Below are positions 12,250 to 25,025 of a stretch of DNA of 64,000 bases, piece after piece; the first letter of the stretch is position 1; every line of letters begins with the position of its first letter. Under the pieces are notes generated by a model, which saw nothing but the letters and a program-made list of their open reading frames with translations, ran no database searches and was not told where the DNA came from. Source of the stretch: Gnetum montanum (taxonomy: Eukaryota > Plantae > Gnetophyta); the NCBI GenBank assembly GCA_015680685.1, contig MNCI01000651.1, positions 2,170,509 to 2,234,508 of the forward strand. The letters are read 5' to 3'. The position numbers and the translations under genes are program-made.

Positions 12250-15200
12250 ATGATTTCCTCAAGCACTGTAGCTACTACCTCTAACGTTGAGGTCCCCCTC
12301 TCGGTTCAAGGCATCACAGGTGCCGAGCAACCACCCAGCCCAATGCTCAGGCCACGCCGATCTCTCAGGATCCAAAACCAAGGACCTGAGGATTTGGCTC
12401 AGTAATATGAGCAATATAACTTTTTTTTTACTAAGGTTCAGGAAAATCTACCCTTAGATGCACAAGAACTCGAAGAAAAATGTAGCTTTGAGTTCACTTA
12501 CTGTAATGGGATCAAATTTATTCCCACTCTTGGCATTTCTATTCCTTTGACAAAAATGCATCAATGGCTCCTAGATTAGCTAGTAGTGGTCACTAGGCCT
12601 AGGGAGCTGTGAGACATGACATCTCACCATGATGAGACATTCCAAGATGGGCAAGAGGAGTTGGACTCCTAATCCAAGGATGGAGGTCCAACCAACCCTG
12701 TCACCATCCCTCCCATTCTGTCTTTCTGGACAAACCCACTCTCTACCGCTGATCCCTTTATGATCACATCTACCTCATTGTAATCAATAGTCTCATCGAC
12801 AATGGGTAGCCATGCCATGCCCTCGGCATATCAACATGCCTATTCCCCTATCTCATTCTTAGCCACTACCCCACCACAAACTGTTCTCCAGTCCATTCAT
12901 GCATCATATCACACACCTATCACGACTACCCTTCCCTATGTTCACACTATGTCTACTTTACAATTGCATGCAGTTTCCACTTCCATACCTATGTCTACAC
13001 CTTCCCACCATTAATGGCGGGCCCAAGCCTATCCACATGGTGGACCCCATTTGCCTCTCCTCCTATTGCATAGCCATTGAAAATGTTCCACTACATTCAC
13101 CACCAAACGTACCAAGTCCCGCAAACGGTACAACCAAGTGCAAGACTATGGTATGTCCCACCAGCCGCACAAACAACTTACCTTGTAGCACAACCAGCGG
13201 CTACTGCTCCAACAGCACCACCTTTCATAGGGGCCACATCAGTGGCACCACCCATGGGCCAGGTCATCACCCTTGCCATGCCACAGATAGGAGCTACCCC
13301 AATAGCTCCCCAACCATTTGCATCATCCTTGGGTCTGGATCAAGCATTCTAGCTTATCTAAACCCTTACTGAGAAAATCAAACTCCTCAAGATTGCCAGT
13401 TCTGATACGGTACCAGTCATGGACTTCTACTAGGACGATCCCATCAGCTCGGCAGTCCCCACATTGACTTTACCCCCCGAGATGCCACTCCCTCATTTCA
13501 CGAAATAAAATAGGGAGGGTGATCCCAACGCACATCTTGTCACATTCAGATCTAAGTCCCTTCTTTTGCAATAATGGCCACATACAATTATCTACGTCTT
13601 TGCTATGTATCTGACAAGGAAAGCCCTGGATTGGTACTATGCACTTTTATGCTCCTTCATCTCAACCCTAGAGGAGCTCCTAATGTAGTTCATAATGTGT
13701 TTCAAGTAAAACTTGAGACCAGAAGTTACACTAGATTAGCTAATGAGGGTGAAGTAAGATCCACTGGAACCAGTCCAGAAATTCATATAGTGGTGGAGCG
13801 CTACCCTTAATGAGATCCACGATCCCATCGCAGAGGCCCATTTGTTGGCTATCTTTAAGGGTATAGTGAACGATTTCATCAAGTCCAAACTATACTATCT
13901 CACTCCTCGGACTCTTAGTTAAGCTTTCACCCAGACAAAGAGTATACAAGACGCAGCCGAGGTAAGCAAAGACCTAGCTTATGTTGCATACAAGAACACG
14001 TTTGCAAAAAAGAACAATGGCAAGGCTACAACAGCCATAGTTTCTAGATGTGGAAAATGAAGCCACATCGAACAATAACAAGAAAGCATCCACGGAAACA
14101 CCTAACCTCATACCCAAATAGGGCAATGCAGCTCAACCCTCCACTTTTGCATCGGAAGCATCTGCACTGCCTAAGCCAAACTTTGAGCGTAAAGATTGCT
14201 TCAAGTATACCCCACTACCTATGAAACCTTCAAAACTTCTGAAGCAATTAGTAGCAGCAGGGTATATCTGACACAAGTAGATGTCAGAGAAGGGAGTTAA
14301 AAAAACATCAACGGTACTACGAAATTTGTAGGAACCCCTCCTTGGCCTTGTCTAATGAGCTGTTGGTTCCTAAGAATTTCAGACTAGAGTGGTTCTTTGA
14401 CTACCATCAACAGTGTGGTTACGATACAAATTACTACATGGCATTAAAATATGACATCCAAAGAATGATTGATCAAGGAAAACTGGTTCTAGATGAGAGC
14501 AACCCAATGTGCCCCAAAAATCAATCTCTACATGTTTACATGAATCCTCTTAATGCCAACAATGCTAGCAACATTATCAACACCATCAGTGTTAACAATA
14601 ATGCTAAACTGCCCTAACATCTGTTCATGGTTTGCGTGCCTTAGTGTAGTGCACCAACGTCACCAGTGGCTAAACAAACTCCACAGCAATCATTTGTTCT
14701 AAGAGTTCCTCCTCGGACATCCTCCCCTGCACAACCTGTTAGAAAAATGGCACAACCACCATGCACATTAACACCATTAGCACTGTTTGTTACCAGGGGG
14801 CCGAGTCATTCAATTTTCCCTGCTCCGCATAACACCACACAACAATCTTCTCGTCGAAAGAAATGAGAAGAACGTTTGACAGGTGAGGCATCAATAGAAC
14901 GTAATGCTCCAGGTACTTCTAAACCTACGCCCTCACCCTCTGCATCTACATTCTCATTGCCAAAAGATAACATTGCTACACATGCATGGTCATTGTCACC
15001 TTACCCGAAAGGATTTGATCCCAAACTCAAAACTATCCCTCCTTGAGAAATTCATCTCCTCAAACAAATGGAGGAGGAGAAAGGCAGCAAGCAAGAAGGT
15101 GGCCCTGACCTATTGAATTCCCTCACCTAGGTCAAGTAGGCTTTGAAACAAAAAAATACAACTTTGAGCCTGTATGACCTGATTATGACTTCTACGGAAC

Positions 15201-15980
15201 ACCGTGAGGCTTTGGTTCACATGTTAATGGCAATTCCAGTTAACAAGAACATGCCAGCAGAAGAAAAAGCAATCCACTCATTTATGCTTCCTTCTGTGCC
15301 TGCAAAACCAAAGCCATCCCAACTAACTTTTTGTGATGATTCCATTAGGGAAGACCCTGAAAAGGGTCAGGTGACTACAATGCCTCTTTTCATCATAATT
15401 TGGATCAGCCAACACAAGATCCAAAGGATACACATTGATGATGGAGTTGCTACAAACATCATCCCATTCCCTATAGTGGATAAGCTGGGTTTGGTTGACC
15501 AGATCAGACCCACGACAATGTCATGCTTAAAGTCATTCAATGAGGCACATGTCATAGTGAAAGGCACGGTCGACATTGACTTTGTGGTAGGGGACTAGTT
15601 CCCCATGAATGCAATGTTTATCATGGTGGAAGAGATGCCTAAGTTTAACCTGATCTTGGGGAGGTCATGGTTAGTGCAACTTAGGGCTGTCTCTTCATCC
15701 ATACATCAGGAGATCCACCTACCCTATGTAGGAAAGGAGGTGGTAATCCATGATGATGAGGTGGCAACACAAGCAATTAATAATGTAGATATGGAATAGG
15801 GCTCGGAGGTCATAACCTTTGAGAACAAGGTCAAATGGTTTAGCGAAAGAGTCAGCCCAACACACCAGCTTAAAAAACAAAGATGCATGGACCAAGTTGC
15901 CCTTCCAAGCGGAGGACAATGATGTAGACAAATGCCCTGGCAAAACATCTCAGCACTATACCTCACCAAACCCGTGCTGG
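12250..15980 (+). pseudogene. Degenerate gag and aspartic protease of the Tat element
   Basis: Pro/Thr-rich N-terminus; EGDPNAHLVTF...ALDWY (~13510-13640, gag); DYHQQCGYDTNYYMALKYDIQRMIDQG (Tat/Ogre Zn-knuckle relic); IHIDDGVATNII and FNLILGRSWL (protease). Confidence 0.88.
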
Positions 15981-16136
15981 GTCAGGAAGTAGTTACACAT
16001 ACCGTAGCAACCCCATTGCTTCATACCCAATTGGCATCCTTTGTGCATTTACTGCCTTTTTCTTTTTGCATCCATCCATCTACGCTAGGTACACCAATTA
16101 GCTTTTCTCTAAACCATTAGCATATCCTCTGTTTAC

Positions 16137-16326
16137 CTACATGGCCTGAAATGGCCTAAAACTATATTGGCCCATGGCCTGAAATGGCCTAAAACTATAT
16201 TACCCCATGGCCCAAAATGCCCTAAAACTACGCTACTATCCCATGGCCCAAAATGCCCTAAAACTAGCCACGGCCTGAAATGGCCTAAAACTATGTCGTA
16301 CCATGGCCTGAAATGTCCTAAAACTA
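16137..16326. repeat. Tandem array, 6 copies of ~CCATGGCCTGAAATGGCCTAAAACTA plus variable spacer
   Basis: Units visible at ~16140, 16171, 16203, 16240, 16268 and 16301. Confidence 0.9.
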
Positions 16327-16492
16327 AAACACCAAAAATAGAAACCAATCGCATAGATAACATACAAAATACATAAACTAGAGTAGCATCGATCTTGCCA
16401 AAATCCATTTTTCATTCAAAACTCCACCCAGACAATGTTTGCAATAGTTTTGCAATAGTCTCACAAAAATACAAAAATCAAAAGCCTTGCTA

Positions 16493-19400
16493 TCATGCGT
16501 CATCATCCCCTGCATCATTTTCCTCTACATCATCTTCTACGGCATCATCATTTTCACCCTCTAGGGGCCCTGCTTCTTCATCTGGGACCTGCATCATAGA
16601 AACGAAGTAGTCAACTAGAGTTGCACACAAAAGCTAGAAAAACATAAACGATTACATCGTGGAAAGAGACTAACCCGAGATGGCCTCACATCTACCTTGG
16701 GGGGTATGTGGTCCAATCTGAGCCCAAGGTGGTGCCAGACCTCCTCCTCTATGATATCTGCCCAATGTATTTCACTTGGTGCAAAGTATTTTGTAGCTTT
16801 CTCCTTTTTGATGGTCGTCCATCTTGGTGGTCTCGGAGAAAAGGAGGTAGTGGTGATCTCACTTGTGGAAAGATTCACTTCTCGCTTAGGTGACTCAATG
16901 ACCTTCACTTGCTACATAAACTTGTTGTAGGCCTCAGAAGCACCAATAGCATCCAAGAATGCTTCATGAGTGAACAACTTCACTAAAGCATCCCGATATT
17001 GTTTACAATAGGTGGCACGTTCCAGTTTATACATGTGCTTATGATTTTTCTGGGACTGCCTCCACTCATAAACTCTAGCACTATAATCCTTCCAGTCTTA
17101 GTTCTTTTGAGCCAACAACTCCATCTGCATCCACTGCTCAATTATCTCCTAGGTGGCCTCGTTATTGCATCACATAACCGTCCAATATCTTGCATAATCT
17201 ATGATGGCCCTGTGCCAATTTCCATCGTTGGTATCGTGGGCTAGGAGGAACTCGTTCCTAGAACAGAGGTCTCCCACCTCGGCGGTCGGATTGGCCATTT
17301 CTCTCTCTTGCCTTTGGACCCATTTCCATAGGTCTTCATTCATGTGCCTACACTCCCATAAGGAGCATATCAAGTGCAACACACATTTGCTACCCTTGTC
17401 ATATATGCGACGAGCCACCTCTATCACTTCAGGTGGGAATGTAGGCATGGCGTCCACCTTTACTGCTCATTTCGGGTCCCACTTGAGGTGAGAGGCTATT
17501 ATCACACATAAAAGCACATTAGTCACAGTAGCGTAGCAAAGCTTGGCAATTCAGGAAGTCTAGCGTAGCAAGCTAAAATCCTAGCAAAGTCACTTTACTT
17601 ACCCACTTCTGGATCGACTTGTTTAAGATGGCTGATCATGTCGTCGACAACCCCCTGCATGAACTTAAGTTTGTCAGGGGTCTCAGCCCATGGTTCCAGC
17701 TGGATCAAGGGAGGTCCTACAATGTTAATAGTAGTGTCTACCATATAACCAAATGCATCAATTATGACTTAGATAAACTACAATGAAGTCGATGAGAAAC
17801 ACAAACGATAGTGCAAAGGCTCTTACCCTTATGGGTGATAGCGAGGGGAGGGGGTGGTGTTGCCCATTGACATACTATCGAAAATATGGTTAAACTCACT
17901 AGCTTCTAGCTGTAGATCCCTTCCTTGCTGGCTTAATTATGGTAGCACCCTCCGCGTTCATCTGCTCATCTAGTGCTGAATTGAACTCAGCGAAAGGATC
18001 ATCAGTAGAGGTTCCTTTCTTGTTGACATGGGCTTCCTCTTTATTCCTTGAGGCCTTTCTTTTTAAGGCACCAACATCCTCCTCATCATTGGGGGAATCC
18101 TCCTCATCAACTGAAACCTCCCCCTCATCAGCATGGGCATTTTCTTTGTCGACGAAAGCCCCTTCCTTTGTGGTAGGGGTTCCTTCTCTCTTGATTAGGT
18201 CCCTTTCCTCTAAGGCAAGGGCCCCTACATCTTTATTAGCTTCCCTCCTTTCAAGGACCGACGTCTCTTCATCGCCTTCTTCTTCTTCTTCTTCCTCTGG
18301 CAACAAGGCAAGTTTGCAATAGGCTTAGCATATTAACTTAAAATCGATGCTACGCTATGCTACACTACCTAGTGTAGCACAACGTAGCAAGCATTAACCA
18401 AATAAGTGAAGAAACAAGCAAAACGACAAAAGCATTTACCAATGGGGAGCTGCACCCTGTGTAGCTTGAATCGCAATGTCCATCCCTCTTCTTTTTCTGT
18501 ACGGGGAAGCTCCTTAGCTAGATGAGGCCTCTTTCACCGCAACTTGGTTGCCACTATCTCCACAATAAGGTGTTTCCCATGTAATACGTTACTGGTAGTA
18601 GCAAGGGGCACCTCTCCCATGCTATCCTAGCCGCAAAAGTTGCACCCGATCCTTAGTCATCATGGAAAATGACTCCCCAATTACCTCTAGAGGATCTTGA
18701 GATCATGTGGTCTAGAAGACTTGGTAGATCCATGGTTTGGAAATTTGGTTATGATCTTGCATAACCTAGACTCCATTCTCACAGACCACCAAGAATTCCA
18801 CAAAATTCCACAAACAAGGTATGTAAAAAGCATGATGCATGTTAAAACATGACTCATGCTTCTTATGAAGCTTGATCATTTTAGCTTGAAGGCCTTTGCA
18901 GAGATGCCTAGCCCAGTTGTAACAGGCCCCCTCTTCCATGACCTCTCTCATCACCCATGCTTGCTCAATTCCAATGATATTTCCTTGGGAAAGTAGCTGA
19001 GGGAAAGCATGGACATGGAAGATAGGGTAAATGTATTTGGCTATTCTCGACTTTGCTTTTGCCATAAGGATTCCCTTTGATCCTTTGGCCACGCCTAGCC
19101 ACTCCTTAATGTCCTCCTGATGGTTCGCCTCTTTTTTGGTCTTTGCCCCCAAGAGAAGACCATCAGCAAGGACACCAAAGAGGTCCATGAATAGTTGGTC
19201 ATTGATTTCAAGGACCACCAGCACACTGTGCACACATGTGTGGAAACAGTCTGCCTTTTCAAAAAATGAGTTGGCTAGGGCCAACATCTCAGCAATAGGG
19301 ACACTTAGGTTCATGGCTAGGAATAGATCCATGAGTCCAACATTTTGAAGGTGTTTTGTCAGCGATTCTGAGCCCCACTACAAAGCCAGTGTTGAGTCTC

Positions 19401-20200
19401 ATCTAACTCCCCATACTTGAAGTAGATGTTGGCCTCATGATGCTTGGAGGTGATCACCATCACCTCCTTGGACTTCTTCGCTATTGTAGCAGTTTGCATA
19501 AGCAAAAAATAAAAAACTTAGATAAAAGTAGAAATAGCATAAAAGTAGGAGTAACACTCGAATATGCAAGCAACTCACTATTTAGCTTACCAGGTTTAAA
19601 CGACGGTGGGAATGGTGGAAGGTCCACCAATACATCTTCAAAGGTGATCAACCTAAGGGATTCCTAATCCCTATCCAACCAACCAAACTCCTTGCATCTG
19701 TTGTAGAGCTGAGACTATCGAGTTGGGTAGGTTTTGTACTCACCCCTGCACTAGCCTATCACACCTGCACACATATTCTTAGTGGAAGAAAACTCCAACA
19801 ACACCATCTATGCTAAGGCTAACGCATCTGTGTCACCGTGAAGTCCATCCTTGTTGATAAAAAACCTAGTAACAAAAAACACACTATTAACATTTGCCTA
19901 GCGTAGCAAGTTTTGCATAGCATAGCGCAATATGTTTACAGAACTCACCCACCAGCATAGTAAATGGTTCCTGGTGGGTTTTGAAAACAAGTTCCCATGT
20001 GGTGTGCAATAAACTAAGTGTTGTACAGATGGTAGCAATTGTATTCAGGCATCTCCCAAATCCAAGCCAGATGCCTCAAATTTTTTTAGCACTGACTGGA
20101 TCCTTCTCCCTGCCTACTCCTGCTCCATTCGTCAAAAATCTCAGAATACCCTGATTCACCCCAAGCAATAGGGTTTCTGTGACTAAAGTTGCTACCTCCT
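16493..20200 (-). pseudogene. Antisense, multi-intron accessory gene between protease and RT of the Tat element (TE accessory-type domain, acidic tract, coiled-coil-like segment, acidic tail)
   Basis: Minus-strand GT-AG introns at 19948-19866, 19590-~19481, 18439-18297, 17826-17717, 17602-17496 and 16674-16589. The last three join ORF-track fragments in frame: THK/G-PPLIQLEPW...DPEV/A-SHLKWDPK, and RPSR/VPDEEAG...DDDA*. Stop at 16493. A few stops and frameshifts remain. Confidence 0.75.
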
Positions 20201-20638
20201 CTGAAAAGTGTAACCAAACAATCACACTAAAGTGCTAGAGGAGAAATTGCAAGAAGTCGCATGCACCTTCCAAGAACCAGACCGCCTGCTGTCCCACACG
20301 TGCATGGGACAAAGGAACAATGGCCACCAGTTCGCTTAGGTAGCACAAGACTCCTATGATTTCTAAGACAATCAAGATTGGCCTTAGCACCACCCTGCAT
20401 AACACAAATGCAAATGTTAATGTCATGTTCAAGTGAGATTCACATATAGCATAGCAGAATTAGTAGTTAACAGATAGCATAGCATGACTCTCTCCATGCA
20501 TGTAGCATAGCAAAAAACACGAAGGCGATAGTGTAGTAGGATTAGCCTAGCATAGCAATGAAAAACTAAACACAGATCTTTTGACAAGAAATAATTCAAT
20601 GCACCACACTAGTTTCGACAAATGGCAGGGTAAACCCT

Positions 20639-20646
20639 TATTTATA
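20639..20646 (-). promoter_or_regulatory. TATA box for the antisense gene
   Basis: Minus strand reads GGCTATAAATAAGGG, upstream of the first visible acceptor (TTTTCAG at 20202-20201). Confidence 0.55.
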
Positions 20647-20825
20647 GCCAAAAACGGTGAAAAGAAACCTGCCATTTTCTCTCCCCGATTAATGTGGGAC
20701 GTCCTGTACAGCGTAGCACTCCCCCATAGCATAATGGCACTATTTGCATTATGGCAGGTGGGCCCAACCAAAACTTCAACCCACTCTAAATTAGCTATTG
20801 GCCTTCACAAAAATAACTAACTATA

Positions 20826-21112
20826 TAGTCTGTAAAGACCTTAAACTAGCAGCTTTGAACTTTTGCATTTAGACGGTCCGCAAAGACCTTAAACTAGCAA
20901 ATTCTAACCCCTAGCTTCAATCTCATTAATGGTTTGTAAAGACCTTAAACTAGTAGTTATAATGCATAGCTTTAATCTCATTAGTGGTCTGCTAAGATCT
21001 TAAACTAATACTTTTAACTAGAAAATTTAACTTGTTAGCGGTCCGCAAAGACCTTAAACTAGCAGTTTTATGCTTCTGCATTAAGGCGGTCTGCTACAAC
21101 CTTAAAACTGGC
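20826..21112. repeat. Array of 6 GGTCYGCAAAGACCTTAAACTAGC-like units
   Basis: Units at ~20828, 20875, 20931, 20986, 21040 and 21088; related units recur at 24940-25025. Confidence 0.88.
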
Positions 21113-21245
21113 AAGTTACAAATTCTGTATCATGCTTTATGATTATTTCAACTGTTCACATCTTATTGTTGCTTTACAAATGCTTACCGCACACTATTGC
21201 TACAAACACGTATCCCTTGACTAGGCATTCATCTCATTGTGCTAG

Positions 21246-24200
21246 GTTGAGCAAGAATGACAATGCACCATGAGCTTTTTGCACCTCTATCTTTAATAGG
21301 TCCACATGGTAAGCTTGCAAGACAACTGAACCCTGAGTTAATAGATTGGGGATCATCTGTAGAAAGCACTGTAGCATCCTTAGAAACATCCCTAGACTAT
21401 CCTAAAAGTCTATCAAAGCCCTAGATTTAGAGGCTGGGGATATAACTAAGGACCCTCTCATTGAGATGCCTATGACCACATCTAGGGGAGAAATAAAAAT
21501 TTTAAACCATAGCTCCCTCCTAGATTCACAAATGCATAAAGATGTTGCCAAAGTACTACAGAATAACATCAAAGTATTTGCATGGTCTTATAACAACATG
21601 CTGAGTTTAGATCCGAGGCTCATACAACACAATATTATCTTAGATTCGTGGATGAAAGTAGTTAAGTAGAAGGCTCGTAAGGTTAAACTAGATATCGCAC
21701 TAGTCGTATGGGATGAAATCACCAAGCTCTATTAGGTTGGTTTCATCTACGCAGTTGATTACTCAGAATGGGTGTCAAAAATTGTTGTAGTTTCTAAGAA
21801 AATGAGAGGAACACGTATTTGTATAGACTTCTAGGATGTGAACAAGGCAATGATCAAAGGTGATTTCTCACTACCAAGTATCGATCAACTCATCGACACT
21901 ACAACTGGTCATGCTCTGCTATCCTTTATGGACGGTTTCTCTAGCTACAACCAAATTTGTATCAACCTAGAGCATCAGTTAACAACAACCTTCATGATCC
22001 CATGGGGAATTTTTTGTTATACTATGATGCCCTTTGGGCTCAAAAATGCCAGGGCAACCTACCAGAGAGCCATGACATACATCTTTACCAACTACATCTT
22101 AGAAACGTTGAATGATTATGTGGATGACATAGCGGTCAAATCTAAAAAGGCCACTAATCATCCCAACGATCTAGATGTAGTTCTCAAGCATTGCTAGATG
22201 CACGATTTACACCATAACCAAAAAAGTGTGTCTTTAGGGTGAGAACCAGACGCATTTTAGGGTTTGTATTATCAGAAGCTGGAATATGAGTAGACCCTGA
22301 CAAAGTCAAAGCCATCGTTAATCTAGTGCCCATTATAAACCTTAAAGAATTGCATGGGTTACAAGGTAGAGTATAGTTCATCAGAAGGTTTATAGCAAAG
22401 TTGACTAACAAGTTACACCCCATGCAACATCTATTGAAGAAGGGGGTTAACCTCAAACAGAAAACACAACGCCAACAAGCCTTTGATGATCTAAAGAAAG
22501 AGCTTTTACACCTCCCAACTGTGTAGCCACCATAGAGAGATAAGCCTTTCTTTGTCTACCTTACCACCTTAGACACGTCTATCGCAGCACTGTTATGATA
22601 GCACATGAGGCAAGATACAATGAGATGGAGAGAAACTACCTTGCTCTAGTCTTTGCATTAAAAAAATGGAGGCATTATCTATTTTGTAGCAAGGTTAACA
22701 TCATTTGTAGGAGCAATGTACTCCAGGCTGTCACAAATAATCTATATGAAAGTAACAAGATAGCCTAGTGGAAAGCCATAACAATGGAATTCGATTTGCA
22801 TTATGTGAGCCAATTGTTGACAAAGGGTCAAGCTATAGCAACGCAACTCACGACCTCACCCATTGATGATCGGGCAATCATAGATCCCAAATTCCCTGAT
22901 GAGCATGTTAGCATTATCAACGTTGATGCGTCACACCTTGAAGCTACATTGCATTTCAACAATGCCTTGACCATGCAAGGAGGTAGTGCAGCTGTCGTCA
23001 TTATGTTCCCCTCAGGGGAAATGCAACTTTTTGCTTATCGTTTTGTGTTCCCTTGTAAAAACAATATGGTAGAGTACGAAGGGTTACTCAAGGGCCTCTT
23101 AGCAGCCTAAGCATTAAGCATCCAACACCTGGTGATTCGCTGGGATTCAAAACTCATGAATCAAATCATAAAAGTCTATGCCTACAAAGCTACACATCTA
23201 TAGCCCTACTGCAACCTAGCAAAAATTTTGCTTAAAAATTTTGTGACAATGGATGTTCAACATGTGCCACACAACAAAAACACTGTAGCAGATGCCCTAG
23301 CCACCTTAGCATTAAACGTGCCACCACACCTATTCACAATTTTGCCCACTTCAATTACCGAGTGTATGGAGACTATCACTCAGGTGGTACACGTAGCCTT
23401 TGTTAGCATCGCAAACACCCAAGAGTGGTACGCCATCATTAAAGCCTACCTACAACATGGTGAGCCCCCAAGTGGATTGACATCTTCCCAGAGAGATGGA
23501 ATCCGTAAACGTGCTCTGTAATATATGCTCATGGGAGAAAACGCCTTGTGCAAACGCTCCTATGATGGGATATTGCTAGCATCCATAAATAAGGAGCAAG
23601 CATAGAAGGTCATTAATGAAGTACACGAAGGACTATGTGGTGGACACATAGTGCCTAGGCCATGGTTGCAGAACTCAGATGCCTAGGATACTACTGGCCT
23701 CACATGGAGTGTGATTGCCTAGCCAAAGTCAAGACTTGTGATATGTGCCAAAGATATGCAAATCTTATACACGTTTCACCAACAGAGTTTCATCCAACGC
23801 AAATCACGTGGCCTTTATAGCGATGGGGACTAGACATCATAGGACCTATCATGCCTAAGTCCTCTATAGGGCATAGCTTCATCATCACCACCACCGAGTA
23901 TTTTACAAAGTGGATGGAGGCTATTCCCCTAAGAAAGACTACATCCCAGCAGGTTTGCCACTTCATCTTAGACAACATTATGACAAGGTTTGGGCTTCCC
24001 ATGACTATTGTGACTGACAATGGGCCACAGTTTAGTAGTGTGGAAACAAAAACCTTCTACAGCAATCTTGGCATCAGGTAGTCGTTCTCCTCGCCATACT
24101 ACCTACAAGCAAATGGACAAGTAGAAGCTACGAATAAGTCCATCATCAACTTGCTCAAGAAAATGCTTAACAACAGTAAGAAGCGATGGCATGAGCAAAT

Positions 24201-24666
24201 CATCTATGTGCTATGGGCTTATAGGATGACATGTAGGATTGCGATAGGTAAGATACCTTATAGTCTTGTTTATGGATCTAAAGTAGTGCTACCTCTTGAG
24301 TTGCAGGTACCCTCACTTCGAATGATCCTGTTGAACGTTGTAAGCAAAGCCTAGAACAACGAGTCAAGGATCATCGACCTCGACTCCATAAAGGAGGAGC
24401 ATGCATAGACACTTGGTCACATAGAGCATTATCAAAACAAGCAATGGTAGAAGCATCATGCAAACCAGCATCAATGACTGATACAAAAGGAAGAGCTCAT
24501 TCCAAAGGCTATCTGTGAGCATGTGAAAAAATTCTCAACAAACTGGGAAGGTCCATTCATGGTCACAAAAGCCTTTGGGAACGGGGCCTTCAAGCTGGCA
24601 GACATGGATGACAACAAGTTCGCAAATCCTGTGAATCATTCATACTTCAAGCCATACTACATATGA
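21246..24666 (+). pseudogene. Degenerate pol of the Tat element: RT, RNase H, archaeal-type RNase H, integrase
   Basis: LLSFMDGFSSYNQI, MPFGLKNARATYQRAM and DYVDDI (RT); LHFNNA...NNMVEYEGLLKGL...NTVADALA (aRH, ~22940-23310); HEGLCGGH...CDMCQ, WGLDIIGP, IVTDNGPQF and NWEGPF (INT). Confidence 0.93.
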
Positions 24667-24689
24667 TATAGGTGCAAGGTAAGCAAACA

Positions 24690-25025
24690 TTTGCTATGAC
24701 GTAAAACTGGAAAAGGTAAGCAATCATCCACTATGACATAAAATTAGCAAAGCTCATCCGCTACGATGTAAAACTAGCACAGATCATCTACTATGACATA
24801 AAACTGGAAAAGGTAGTTCACTATGACTATAAAAATTGGCAAAGCCTATCTGCTATGACGTTAAACTAGTCGATCCACTATCCACTATGATGTTAAACTA
24901 GCATAGCCACCATTTGCTACGACGATAAACTAGCGCAATGGTTTGCTGAGACCTTAAAATAGCACACCACGGTCTGCAGAGACCTTAAACTAGTAGATTA
25001 GATGGTCTACCAGGACCTTAAAATG
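24690..25025. repeat. Post-integrase tandem array (GCTAYGACRTAAAACTRG / GACCTTAAACTAG units)
   Basis: About 10 degenerate units directly after the integrase stop; 3' repeat arrays are typical of Tat/Ogre elements. Confidence 0.85.

Noticed and set aside
16133-16408. Repetitive ORFs (VLGHFRPW)n / (HGLKWPKT)n, or a CRISPR-like array
   Set aside because: These are translations of a DNA tandem repeat. The spacers are only a few bases, the context is eukaryotic, and there are no cas genes.
16615-16655. Alternative 41-nt last intron of the antisense gene
   Set aside because: It is in frame but too short for a typical plant intron. The 86-nt 16674-16589 intron also keeps frame and is preferred.
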